Positions 1 through 9,090 of a stretch of DNA of 64,000 bases are shown here, one piece after another. The notes beneath the pieces were generated by a model. That model worked only from the letters and a program-made list of their open reading frames with translations. It had not been told where the DNA came from and made no database searches. Numbering within the stretch: position 1 is the stretch's first letter; each line of letters begins with the position of its first letter. The stretch covers positions 2,447-66,446 of the forward strand of contig JBMNON010000004.1 of NCBI GenBank assembly GCA_050943115.1, written 5' to 3'. The position numbers and the translations under genes are program-made. This stretch comes from Patescibacteria group bacterium (GTDB lineage: Bacteria; Patescibacteriota; Microgenomatia; UBA12405).

Positions 1-669
1 ACGCCGACCCTTCGATTGATTCGGCCAGGTTATTGCCGCTATCGGCGACAACAGTCACTTTATTACTTAAGTTGGCTACATTTTTATTGCTGATAAGAAG
101 TAGGTTTTTCTCATCTTCAGCAACCTGGTTCCCGCCGATTTCTCCCCAAACCTTGTTCATGTCAATATCCTGATAGTTCCCACTGAAGTTATTTAAAAAG
201 AAATACCTGTAGTTACTGCCGTCAAAATTACTGTTTATGATATTTATTAAATTAGCCCAGGCGGCGGCATCGCCTGTTACGATTTGTACATTATCTCCCG
301 TAATGGATTCATTGTTTCCGGTACTAGACTGGTTAATGGTTTCATTGTTAACATCCGCCTCATTTATATTTTCGGTATCTGTCGGTGTCGGACTGATCTC
401 GCCTTCGTTATTTGTTCCGGTTGGTGTCAAAGTAGGTGTAATATTATCTTCTGTCACTGTTGCGGCCGCGACGTCTGACATAGTTGGAGTTGGCTCCGAC
501 GTAGTTGTAGCGTCGGGACTTGGTGTTGGTTCTTCGGTTGGAATAAGCTCTTGTGTGTCAGTCGGAGTCGGGCTTACTGATAATTCCTGAGCCCAAGCTG
601 CAAAGCCAAAATTTAAATTGAAGATTAGGCTCAGGAGGGCTAATTTTAAAAATATTTTTTTAATTTCCA
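1..669 (-). CDS. Secreted Pro/Thr-rich protein, 5' part only (runs off the window edge). Start ATG at 669, Sec-type signal peptide MEIKKIFLKLALLSLIFNLNFGFAAWA, then a TPTPT-type linker.
   Basis: Reverse-complement translation from 669 stays open to position 1. It is absent from the ORF track because there is no in-window stop. N-terminal n/h/c signal-peptide architecture; low-complexity PT region like three other proteins in the window. Confidence 0.5.
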
Positions 670-680
670 TTACATTATTC

Positions 681-705
681 GCGGTCCGTCCTGGGACGGA
701 CCGCA
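681..705. terminator. GC-rich perfect palindrome GCGGTCCGTCC-TGG-GACGGACCGC between two tandem minus-strand secreted-protein genes; stem-loop terminator or attenuator.
   Basis: 11-bp perfect inverted repeat with a 3-nt loop, in AT-rich context, immediately after the stop of 717..1244(-) and 12 nt before the start of the next gene. No clean U-tract on the minus strand, so terminator function is uncertain. Confidence 0.35.
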
Positions 706-716
706 CTCTCGTTTAC

Positions 717-1244
717 TTAATCGTTAAAACCACTTTCCATGTAGTTGACGACAATCTCTTCGTCAATTCCGCTCACGGCATCCCCCGTGGTCATAGAGCC
801 ATCTCCTTCGACCTCGGCTTCACCTCCGGCAGAGTTAAACACTCTGGCTACATTTCTCTGGACGTTATTGCCAGTGAAAGCATAAGCAGTTGTACTGCTC
901 TTCACCAAAGCTACATTTGCTTTTAGTTGCAGACCATATTCAGGCGCATCATCAACACCAAGACGGTTAGCCCGAATGCTCTTGATAACTACAGCCTCGG
1001 CATTCCCCGTGCTCATATCTGAGTCATCAAGCTCTACTTCAGCCTCCCCACCGGGAGAACAAAGCAACGAAGCCCTATTGACTTGAAGATTGCCGCCAGT
1101 GTCTGACACAGCATTTGAATAACTCTTAATCCCGGCAAAATTGACTTGTGCGTCAATTAAGCTGGGTAAATTGAAAGCCATGGCAGGCACAGCCACTAAA
1201 GCGGTCAAAGCTGCCATAACTCCTAAAAAGGCAATTTTCTTCAT
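717..1244 (-). CDS. Secreted protein of unknown function with signal peptide and an internal duplicated segment (GGEAEVE...G.A).
   Basis: N-terminus MKKIAFLGVMAALTALVAVPAMA is a classic signal peptide (AxA site). Two ~45-aa internal repeats both contain GGEAEVE(L/G)D. No TM or sorting signal. Confidence 0.6.
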   Translation of the reverse strand: MKKIAFLGVMAALTALVAVPAMAFNLPSLIDAQVNFAGIKSYSNAVSDTGGNLQVNRASLLCSPGGEAEVELDDSDMSTGNAEAVVIKSIRANRLGVDDAPEYGLQLKANVALVKSSTTAYAFTGNNVQRNVARVFNSAGGEAEVEGDGSMTTGDAVSGIDEEIVVNYMESGFND

Positions 1245-1471
1245 AATTTCCTAAAAAATTTATAATTATTTGAAAAGGTTCGTTTTATTTTATAAAGTAT
1301 GTTTTCTTCACATAACCATCTACCTCCTCGTAAGTAAAAATTATTACTGACTTACTTCTTCTATCTTCAAACTTAAATGTGGTAAATAAATCAGAAAATT
1401 GTAATAAAAGTGTAATAAGAAATACCAAAAAACGTCAAGCCAATTTTTCTCTTTACTGATAAAATAAGTTT

Positions 1472-3148
1472 GTGTTGAAAACAGTAAAAATTGCCGGTCC
1501 GGCTGGGTTGGGAATTAAATCCAGTGGCCAGGTTTTATCACGGTCTCTTATTATCCATGGTTTTAACGTTGTTGATTACAGTGAATATCCCTCCCTTGTC
1601 AGGGGTGGTCACAATACCTATCAATGTAGTTTTACCCGGGAAGATTTATACGCGGTTCACGGGATTATTGACTATTTTTTTTCCGTAAGACCAGGTCATT
1701 GGCAGGAGCATTCAAAAGAATTTAGCAACAAAACCCTAATTTTTACAGAAGATATAGAATCTAAGCCGGAGAAGGGGATTCTCCTTCATCTGCCACTCAA
1801 AGACTTATCCTCAGAAGCTGGCAGTGCTCTGGCTACCAACACTGTTTGTCTGGGAGTGATTTCAAGCCTACTTAAACTTGATAAGGTTCTTTTCCTCGGG
1901 GAGATCAAAAAACAATACCCGCGATATGCCGAACTTAATCAAAAAGCATTTGAAGTTGGTTTTGACTATTCAGAAAAAAATTTTTCAAAATACATAATTG
2001 ATCTGAAAATACCCAAAAAAGCCCAAAAGAACAACAGCCTTCACGATGGTAATGAATCTTTCGGTTGGGGTTTTCTAAAAGGAGGCGGGAATTTCTACGC
2101 TGCTTACCCCATGACTCCTGCCACAGGTACCCTCCATTTTTTGGCAGAAAAACAAAAAGAAAACAAAATTAAAGTTCTCCATCCCGAAGACGAAATTGCT
2201 GCTTCCAATATGGCTGCCGGAGCTGCCATGGCCGGAGCCAGAGTCGCTGTCGGCACCTCCGGAGGAGGATTTGCCCTGATGAATGAAACGGTGAGTTTTT
2301 GTGGAATAGCTGAAATAGGGGTTGTTTTTTATCTGGTTTCCCGTCCGGGTCCCGCTACCGGTCTTCCTACCTGGACTTCCCAGGCGGATCTTCTCCATGC
2401 TATTTACTCTGGCCATGGCGAGTTTCCAAAAGTTGTCCTGGCTCCCGGGGATTGGCAGGAATCATTTGAATTTGGTATTGAAGCTTTAAATTTGGTCGAC
2501 AAACTCCAGACTCCGGTGATAGTATTAAGTGACAAGCTTCTTGGCGAATCTTCGCGGAACACCTCGGACTTTTCATCAAAAAAGGCAACGGTGGATAGGG
2601 GAAAGTTAGTTAAAGATGCTCCTCGTGATTATAAAAGATACCAATTGGCCAAAGATGGCATTTCACCCCGGACTCTTCCGGGAACTGTAAATGGAGAATT
2701 CCTGTCAAATAGCTACGAGCATGATGAATATGGATATGCAACCGAAAATGCAATTGTGGCCAAATCCCAAATGGACAAAAGGGCTTTAAAGTTGCTTCAG
2801 GCTCAAAAGCTGGCACCTAAAGTTAATTTTTTTGGCGATCAAAAAGCAAAAAACTTAATCATCTCCTGGGGTTCGACCAAAGGTCCCATATTAGAATCCT
2901 TTAAGTTAATGAAGAACCCCAAAGATTTTGCCTTTCTCCAGATTCGCACACTAAATCCGATTAATCCCAATATCAAACACATTATTAATTCCTTTAAGAC
3001 CACAATTGTTATCGAGAACAATCAATATTCACAATTAGTCACCCTTTTAAAATCCCAGTTCGATTTTAACCCCACAGATGCATTACTAAAATATGATGGC
3101 CGACCCTTTATGCCAGAAGAAATTTATGAACAACTTAAATCAATATAA
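1472..3148 (+). CDS. korA: 2-oxoacid:ferredoxin oxidoreductase alpha subunit (fused gamma-like N-domain plus alpha core), GTG start.
   Basis: N-terminal gamma-type domain (GPAGLGIKSSGQ) followed by the alpha-subunit core (YPMTPAT, GGGFALM). The size (558 aa) and the downstream TPP-binding subunit fit two-subunit OFOR enzymes. Confidence 0.8.
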   Translation: MLKTVKIAGPAGLGIKSSGQVLSRSLIIHGFNVVDYSEYPSLVRGGHNTYQCSFTREDLYAVHGIIDYFFSVRPGHWQEHSKEFSNKTLIFTEDIESKPEKGILLHLPLKDLSSEAGSALATNTVCLGVISSLLKLDKVLFLGEIKKQYPRYAELNQKAFEVGFDYSEKNFSKYIIDLKIPKKAQKNNSLHDGNESFGWGFLKGGGNFYAAYPMTPATGTLHFLAEKQKENKIKVLHPEDEIAASNMAAGAAMAGARVAVGTSGGGFALMNETVSFCGIAEIGVVFYLVSRPGPATGLPTWTSQADLLHAIYSGHGEFPKVVLAPGDWQESFEFGIEALNLVDKLQTPVIVLSDKLLGESSRNTSDFSSKKATVDRGKLVKDAPRDYKRYQLAKDGISPRTLPGTVNGEFLSNSYEHDEYGYATENAIVAKSQMDKRALKLLQAQKLAPKVNFFGDQKAKNLIISWGSTKGPILESFKLMKNPKDFAFLQIRTLNPINPNIKHIINSFKTTIVIENNQYSQLVTLLKSQFDFNPTDALLKYDGRPFMPEEIYEQLKSI

Positions 3149-3752
3149 AACCAATATTACACCGACTTGGTGTCCCGGATGCGGTAACTTTTTGGTCTAT
3201 GCCGCTATTCGCACTGCCCTGATAAAACAAAACATTCCCCAAGAATCCCTGTTTATTACTTATGACATTGGTTGTGCCGGAAACATGGCTGATTTTATTA
3301 AGTCCTATGGTGTCCACACCCTCCATGGCCGGGCAGTCCCTGTTGCTATGGGTGCCAAAATCGCCAATTCTAAACTTGTGGTTTGTGTTATCGGCGGTGA
3401 CGGTGGCCTTTATGGTGAGGGTCTAAACCACCTTATTGCCGCTGCCCGTCTCAATATCGATATAAAAGTCTTTGTTTCCAATAACTACTTATACAGTCTT
3501 ACCACCGGTCAAGCTAGTCCGACAACCCCAAAAGGGGCTGCTACCAAATCCACTCCTCTTGGAGTTGAAAGCGAGCCCATAGATGCCCTAAAACTCTTGA
3601 AGTCTGTCAATAAAGGGTTGTTTTTGGAGAGAGTCGACGGCAGAGATCATTTCAATTTAAACAAGGCCATCCTTGGAGCTTTTGATCACCAGGGTTTTGC
3701 CCTGGTAGATATCATTCAGGAGTGCATCGCTTTTGGAAAACAACTAAAGTAA
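3126..3752 (+). CDS. korB: 2-oxoacid:ferredoxin oxidoreductase beta subunit (TPP-binding); short form.
   Basis: WCPGCGNF cysteine motif near the N-terminus and the GGDGG TPP-binding motif. I prefer the ATG at 3126 (MNNLNQYKTNITPTWCPGCG) over the track start 3093. The gene overlaps the korA end, suggesting translational coupling. Confidence 0.75.
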   Translation: MNNLNQYKTNITPTWCPGCGNFLVYAAIRTALIKQNIPQESLFITYDIGCAGNMADFIKSYGVHTLHGRAVPVAMGAKIANSKLVVCVIGGDGGLYGEGLNHLIAAARLNIDIKVFVSNNYLYSLTTGQASPTTPKGAATKSTPLGVESEPIDALKLLKSVNKGLFLERVDGRDHFNLNKAILGAFDHQGFALVDIIQECIAFGKQLK

Positions 3753-3822
3753 TCTATCAAAAGATATCATTATCTAGATAAGGTGTTAAAATACACACAA
3801 TAATTGTAAAATATGGGAGATA

Positions 3823-5145
3823 ATGATTACTAAAACTTTAAAAGCCTTTCTTATACCCCTCCCTTTTTTATTTTTGTATATATTATTATCAAATATTCCT
3901 TCCGCTGTTAACAGCGTCGAGGATTGCCTTTCTGGTGAGTTTAAGTTGGACAACTGGAAAGACTCTGATAAAAACGTAAACAAAAATTGGTCGGATACGC
4001 CCGGTTTCAACTGTTCTTATGGTATTCAGGCAGCCGACATCCAAATAAAAGCCGGAGATGGCACCTATTTTGAGGCAAGCTCCTGTTACGGCATAAGCTG
4101 GGATCAATCGTCTTGGTCTGCATGGGAAAAATGGCAGGGGGACGATAAAGGCACTGAGTGCAAGGATACCGTACAATGGTATTGTAAGTGCCCGCCCCAA
4201 CCGCCCACATCAACTCCTACAAACACACCCACCTCGACTTCTACTCCGACTCCAGATCCCACTTCCACCCCCACTCCGACACCTACCAACACCCCATTAC
4301 CAACATCAACACCGTCACCGCTACCGACTCCGACACCTACTCCTACAAACACACCCACCTCGACTTCTACTCCGACTCCAGATCCCACTTCCACCCCCAC
4401 TCCGACACCAAACAATACCCAAACACCAACTCAAACCCCTATTGCCACGCCAACTAAAACTGTCACACCTACCCCCACGCACACTCCAACCCCGACAAAT
4501 ACACCCGTCAGTAATCCCACCCCTACAGCCACCGACACTCCCTCAAGTAGCTCGGAGCCCACTTCTACTCCTCCAGCTGTTGGAGGCGACAACCCCATTG
4601 TTACTTCTATCACTAAAACTTCCACCCCTCAGGTTTTGGGAGCATCACAAAACTTTAATCCGATTATCGAATCAATCAAAAAATCCCTTGTCGGCCAGGT
4701 TCTGGGAACCTCTTTTTTAGCCAACACCTCTGCTCCCTTTAGCCCCCAGGAAAAAATGCCCTCCTCAAACCTCCCTACAGACGGTTCCATCCTTATTCCC
4801 AAGATTGGTCTTTCTCAGCCTTTATATCAGTCTGCCAGAATAGGACAGGAATTTCTTGTCGGTGACCATGAAGTTCTGTTGGCAGAAGTTGATAATACCA
4901 CTTTGATTTACGGTCACAATAGCCCGAAAATATTCGGAAACTTGTATAGGCTGAAATCCGGTGACGCAGTAATCGTAGATATGGGAGACTATTTTGAAAA
5001 TTATATTATTTCTTCCAAGCATTTTGTCCACCAATCCGATGCCGACTTCCTAAAAATTGCCGATCAGGACAATATCGTACTTATGACTTGCAGTTATTCT
5101 AAACCTGAATATCGGCACATATTTATTGCTACCAAAACCAGATGA
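3823..5145 (+). CDS. Sortase-domain transpeptidase with unusual architecture: N-terminal signal anchor, Cys-rich module, ~180-aa Pro/Thr linker, C-terminal sortase catalytic domain.
   Basis: C-terminal domain has the sortase catalytic triad context: LIYGHNS (His), IVLMTCSY (TLxTC Cys), [12 protein letters not shown] (Arg). Compare SrtA LTLITC...RKIFVATEV. The Cys-rich region (C...C...[13 protein letters not shown]) resembles the module in the protein at 16326..17369. Confidence 0.75.
   Translation: MITKTLKAFLIPLPFLFLYILLSNIPSAVNSVEDCLSGEFKLDNWKDSDKNVNKNWSDTPGFNCSYGIQAADIQIKAGDGTYFEASSCYGISWDQSSWSAWEKWQGDDKGTECKDTVQWYCKCPPQPPTSTPTNTPTSTSTPTPDPTSTPTPTPTNTPLPTSTPSPLPTPTPTPTNTPTSTSTPTPDPTSTPTPTPNNTQTPTQTPIATPTKTVTPTPTHTPTPTNTPVSNPTPTATDTPSSSSEPTSTPPAVGGDNPIVTSITKTSTPQVLGASQNFNPIIESIKKSLVGQVLGTSFLANTSAPFSPQEKMPSSNLPTDGSILIPKIGLSQPLYQSARIGQEFLVGDHEVLLAEVDNTTLIYGHNSPKIFGNLYRLKSGDAVIVDMGDYFENYIISSKHFVHQSDADFLKIADQDNIVLMTCSYSKPEYRHIFIATKTR
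4214..4409 (+). repeat. Two identical 70-nt direct repeat copies (4214-4283 and 4340-4409) inside the sortase PT-linker coding region.
   Basis: Exact 70-nt identity read from the sequence; each copy encodes [23 protein letters not shown]. The copies are 126 nt apart. This is a recent intragenic duplication and a slippage-prone site. Confidence 0.8.
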
Positions 5146-5681
5146 AAAAAATAATCAGATACATTATCCCGGTATTTTTACTTATAGTTTTACTTTTTCT
5201 AGTTGTCCGGTCCCAAGATAGTTCTAAAGATACTCCGGAAAGCAACAACTTGACGACAGAAAATCAATTAATTTTGCCTGAATCCTGGTTTTACTCAGAA
5301 GATAATCAAGGTGCGACTCTAAAGATTGAAAAGCTTTCGGACAATGATGTCAGACCGGGAATTATCTTATTAGAATCCGATCTGCCGCCTGAGATTACTC
5401 CAAAAACTTACGTTGATAATTTAATAAAAGGTGCCCGCTCCACCCTTCCCAGTCTAAAAATTATTTCCGATAAAGAATCTGTTGAAAACTATTATCTCCG
5501 AAGTTTTAATTCCAGCTACACTATTAATGGTCAAAAAATAAATATAATCCAAAGAATATACGTAATCGACTCGCAGGTTTATACCCTTACAGCTTCGTAT
5601 CTCCCCGTGGAAGCCAGTATAGAATCCGATGTCGAGCAGATTTTTAATTCCATTTTTCAGTCCGAAATCATTTCCAATTAA
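5142..5681 (+). CDS. Membrane-anchored hypothetical protein, translationally coupled to the sortase gene (ATGA overlap).
   Basis: N-terminal TM segment [15 protein letters not shown] followed by a ~150-aa extracytoplasmic domain. The 4-nt overlap with the sortase stop suggests co-expression. Confidence 0.45.
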   Translation: MKKIIRYIIPVFLLIVLLFLVVRSQDSSKDTPESNNLTTENQLILPESWFYSEDNQGATLKIEKLSDNDVRPGIILLESDLPPEITPKTYVDNLIKGARSTLPSLKIISDKESVENYYLRSFNSSYTINGQKINIIQRIYVIDSQVYTLTASYLPVEASIESDVEQIFNSIFQSEIISN

Positions 5682-6240
5682 CCAGCTGCCACCATCTTTC
5701 TACAAACTCCTGCCTCCTGTTCTGGTAATCAAGATAATAGGCATGTTCCCAGACATCGAGCACCAAAATCGGCTCCCAGTCATTTAAAGCCAACAAATTA
5801 TGCTTCTCTACTTGTCCTATCAAAAGATCGTTTTCAAAATTTTTCCATAATACGACCCAACCCGACCCCTCAACACTAACCGCCGCTTGACTGAATTCTT
5901 TCTTAAAAGTTTCAAAACTGCCAAAATTCCTTTCCAGGTTTTCCCGGACTTCTCCTTCCGGTTCATTATTTTCTTGAGGTGGCCTCATGCTTTGCCAAAA
6001 TATATCGTGAAAAATGACTCCGTTCAAATTGAAACTTAAATCTTTAAGCAACCCCTTCAATTGTATGCTGTCATCGCCATTGCGGAACTTTTCCAGCTTT
6101 TCCAGGTCCTGATTAGTATTATTCACGTATGAGGCATGATGCAAATCATGGTGAATCTCCAACTGCCTCTTTGAGATAACCGGTTCCAATGCATCATATT
6201 CATAGGGTAGGGGAGTTAGCGTGTAGTTTTTGACTGTCAT
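5668..6240 (-). CDS. sodA: Fe/Mn superoxide dismutase.
   Basis: Motifs HHDLHHASYVNN, FHDIFW, GSGWVVL and DVWEHAYYLDYQNRR are diagnostic of Fe/Mn-SOD. The likely start is the internal Met at 6240 (MTVKNYTLTPLPY); the track ORF extends 40 codons further upstream. Confidence 0.85.
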   Translation of the reverse strand: MTVKNYTLTPLPYEYDALEPVISKRQLEIHHDLHHASYVNNTNQDLEKLEKFRNGDDSIQLKGLLKDLSFNLNGVIFHDIFWQSMRPPQENNEPEGEVRENLERNFGSFETFKKEFSQAAVSVEGSGWVVLWKNFENDLLIGQVEKHNLLALNDWEPILVLDVWEHAYYLDYQNRRQEFVERWWQLVNWK

Positions 6241-6301
6241 ATAATATAGTAAGCAACTAATAATCTTTTTAAATGATAAAGAAATTAAGTAAGAATAACG
6301 T

Positions 6302-6949
6302 ATGAAAATTGACAAAAGTCGGACATACACTCCTGCTGCGATTATTTTAACCTCTTTCATTGTAGCCTTATATTTTTATCCGAAAGCACCCGATACTATG
6401 GCTACCCACTGGGGTATCGGCGGTCAGGCGAATGGCTATTCATCAAAAGCATTTGCTCTTTTTTTCATGCCCGTCCTGTCTTTGATTTTGTTAGCCCCTT
6501 TATTGCTTTTACCAAGTATCGATCCTTATAAGTCGAATCTTAAGAGGTTCTCCAAATACTTTTATAACTTTATCAACCTACTTTATATCTTCCTTTTTTA
6601 TTTGTATTCTTTGACAATTATTTGGAATCTTAATACTAGATTCAATCTAATTCAGGCCCTAGTTCCTGCTTTTGCCATCCTTTTTTATTACTCCGGAGTA
6701 CTTCTTGGACGCGCCCAAAGAAACTGGTTTGTCGGCATTCGTACACCTTGGACATTAATAAACGAAAAAGTTTGGGACAGTACCCACCGGCTTGCCTCGA
6801 AATTATTTAAGCTTACTTCTCTTATTTCTTTACTTGGTTTGATTGTTCCCAAGTTTGCTTTTATTCTCCTGGTAGTGCCAGTTGTGTTGGTATCTTTTTA
6901 CCTCTTTGTTTATTCATACCAAGAGTATCAAAAAATTAATCAATCCTAA
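6302..6949 (+). CDS. DUF1648/SdpI-family polytopic membrane protein.
   Basis: N-terminal HWGIGGQANGYSSK matches the DUF1648 signature and NWFVGIRTPWTL matches the SdpI/YhfL-type motif. Four or more predicted TM helices. Confidence 0.55.
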   Translation: MKIDKSRTYTPAAIILTSFIVALYFYPKAPDTMATHWGIGGQANGYSSKAFALFFMPVLSLILLAPLLLLPSIDPYKSNLKRFSKYFYNFINLLYIFLFYLYSLTIIWNLNTRFNLIQALVPAFAILFYYSGVLLGRAQRNWFVGIRTPWTLINEKVWDSTHRLASKLFKLTSLISLLGLIVPKFAFILLVVPVVLVSFYLFVYSYQEYQKINQS

Positions 6950-6963
6950 GGGTATAATAAGGC

Positions 6964-7722
6964 GTGGTCATAATCAAAAACAAAAAACAAATTGAAGGGA
7001 TTAGAAAGTCGTGCATCTTGGCAACTAGAACATTGAAGTATTTATCCGCCTTTGTAAAACCGGGGATGTCGACACTGGAAATTAACGACCTAGGCCACCA
7101 GTTTATAACAAAACATGGGGCCATTCCGGCCCCCTTGGGTTATGGAGGTTTTCCCCGAAGCATTTGCACATCAATAAATAATGTTGTTTGTCACGGGATT
7201 CCGTCGGAAAAGGAAACTCTCAAACAAGGAGATATAATCAACATTGATGTCACCACCATCCTCGACGGTTATTACGGTGACGTTTCCGAGAGCTATCCGG
7301 TTGGTAAAATTTCTACAGAAGCCGAGCTCCTTTTAAAGAGAACCAAGCACGCCTTGGATTTATCAATATCTTGCCTCAAACCCGACAAGTATCTTAACGA
7401 CTGTGTCGGTCGAACCATTCAGGAATATGTCGAACAATTTGGCTACAGCGTAGTTCGGGAGTTGGGAGGTCACGGAGTCGGACTCAAGTTCCACGAAGAT
7501 CCTTTCGTTTTTCACTTTAGGACAAACAGGGATAATATTCTGCTTAAACCGGGCATGGTTTTTACTATAGAACCGATGGTCAATGCTTCACCGGACTACT
7601 CGATTAATATTGATAAGTTGGACGGTTGGACTGTCAGGACTAAAAGCGGGGATCTATCGGCACAATTCGAACATACGGTATTAATTACTCCAAAGGGAAG
7701 CGAAATATTAACCAGGATATAA
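6964..7722 (+). CDS. map: Methionine aminopeptidase type I (GTG start).
   Basis: Metal-ligand context is conserved (DIINIDV, GYYGD, GHGVG, FTIEPM, FEHTVLIT). 252 aa. Confidence 0.9.
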   Translation: MVIIKNKKQIEGIRKSCILATRTLKYLSAFVKPGMSTLEINDLGHQFITKHGAIPAPLGYGGFPRSICTSINNVVCHGIPSEKETLKQGDIINIDVTTILDGYYGDVSESYPVGKISTEAELLLKRTKHALDLSISCLKPDKYLNDCVGRTIQEYVEQFGYSVVRELGGHGVGLKFHEDPFVFHFRTNRDNILLKPGMVFTIEPMVNASPDYSINIDKLDGWTVRTKSGDLSAQFEHTVLITPKGSEILTRI

Positions 7723-7728
7723 TAAGTA

Positions 7729-8580
7729 ATGAAAATACTAGATGGTAAAGCTGTTTCCCAAAAAATTCTTGCCCGGATAAACGCTAATCTAAAAAGTTCG
7801 GCAAAAAATCTTAAGCTCGACATCGTCTTGGTAGGGGATGACCCGGCCAGCCATCAGTATGCTCAAATGAAAAAGAAACGCGCTGCTTCTGTTGGTATAG
7901 ATGTTCAGATCCACGAGTTTGCCACTACCGCTTCGAGTCAGGAAATCATTACCTTGATCAAGCTTCTCAACAAGGATCCGCTTGTCACCGGTATAATGGT
8001 ACAGTTACCCCTTCCCCAGCACCTTGATACTCGCGCGATTCTAAACGCGATAGACCCGGCCAAAGATGCCGACGGACTAACCTCAACCAATCTGGGACTT
8101 CTTTTTCAACGTGATCCTGATGCTATTGCCCCGGCTACCGCAGCTGGCGTTATGCTTCTTCTAAATGAATATGGAATAAAACTTAGCGGGAAAAATGCGG
8201 TAATTATTGGCAGGGGAGTTGAGGTCGGATTGCCCCTGGTTGCCCTGTTCATGGCAGCCAATGCCACTGTAACTCTTTGTCATTCATACACCCAAAATTT
8301 AATGGGTATTACCAAAAAAGCTGATATTCTGATATCGGCCGTTGGCAAATCAAAGTTAATCACTCGGAACCATGTAAAAAAGGGTGCTATTGTTATTGAT
8401 ATCGGTCTTTCACCTGATCCTGACACCGGTAAGTTGGTGGGGGATATTGACTTTGAATCGGTAGCTTCCAGGATATCTTATATTACACCGGTTCCCGGAG
8501 GCATAGGCCCCATGACCATCGCTACACTTTTATCCAATACTTGGCTAATATTTCAAAGAAACCGTAGCAAAACGTCGTAA
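7729..8580 (+). CDS. folD: Bifunctional methylenetetrahydrofolate dehydrogenase/cyclohydrolase.
   Basis: MKILDGKAVSQKI start, MVQLPLP, DPAKDADGL and GRGVEVGLPLV(NAD-binding)...CHS motifs; 283 aa. Confidence 0.9.
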   Translation: MKILDGKAVSQKILARINANLKSSAKNLKLDIVLVGDDPASHQYAQMKKKRAASVGIDVQIHEFATTASSQEIITLIKLLNKDPLVTGIMVQLPLPQHLDTRAILNAIDPAKDADGLTSTNLGLLFQRDPDAIAPATAAGVMLLLNEYGIKLSGKNAVIIGRGVEVGLPLVALFMAANATVTLCHSYTQNLMGITKKADILISAVGKSKLITRNHVKKGAIVIDIGLSPDPDTGKLVGDIDFESVASRISYITPVPGGIGPMTIATLLSNTWLIFQRNRSKTS

Positions 8581-8660
8581 AAAACAATTCCAAAAATATC
8601 ATAGCACATATCATAATTGCAGCCTTTTATACGAAATTACTACCTGTTATCTTAGTAGAA

Positions 8661-9090
8661 ATGACTGAAAACAAATATTTAAAACCCGTAACTCAAGAAG
8701 AACTTGATACTTGGTTAAAGTTTGAGGCAGGATTGGATGATCCGGCGGCTCACGAAGCCAGTTATCGGAATACTGTTGGAGAGAAAAATTATATCCCCAA
8801 TCCACGTCTCAGGCTGGAATACCAGGGAAAAAATATTGTACAATCAGATAATGCGTATCCAGCTATACGACCGAGGCAGCCCGCAAGGGAAGAAATTGTG
8901 GAATCAGTTGGATAACCTTTGCCAGCGTTTACAACTGGGTTCTTCTCCTGAATTTATTACTGATATGAGCCGGGTTTACTCATTGGGAGTACAAGGTAAC
9001 ACCGTTTTGTTAATAAATGGGCAGGTCGCCTTGGTTGATAAATTTCCTGACCAAAAAGAACTTGAAGATATTCTAAACGATTACCGTTAA
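8661..9090 (+). pseudogene. Possible frameshifted or decayed small gene: ORF 8661-8915 and overlapping +1-frame ORF 8722-9090.
   Basis: Two overlapping ORFs in different frames fill the map/folD to tatD gap. The C-terminal segment of the second frame (NTVLLINGQVALVDKFPDQKELEDIL) resembles the beta4-alpha4 end of a thioredoxin-like fold, but no CxxC is present. This could also be one real small ORF plus noise. Confidence 0.25.

Noticed and set aside
237-926. Plus-strand ORFs 237..590, 284..478 and 618..926
   Set aside because: They lie antisense to the two signal-peptide-bearing minus-strand genes (1..669 and 717..1244). Low-complexity V/G/S composition is typical of the antisense translation of PT/acidic-rich genes.
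3093-3125. Track start codon for korB at 3093 (MMADPLCQKKF...)
   Set aside because: It overlaps 56 nt of korA. The ATG at 3126 gives the canonical short N-terminus before WCPGCG, so it is preferred. The longer form is not excluded.
4104-4625. Minus-strand GVGV-rich ORFs (4104..4415, 4431..4625) and plus ORFs 4188..4457 / 4442..4720
   Set aside because: Antisense or off-frame shadows of the sortase Pro/Thr linker. The same applies to 16737..17288(-) over the PT linker of 16326..17369.
5668-6360. Extended 230-aa form of the SOD ORF
   Set aside because: The first 40 codons (MKEVKIIAAG...) are hydrophobic junk and would overlap the divergent gene at 6302. The SOD homology begins at the internal Met at 6240.
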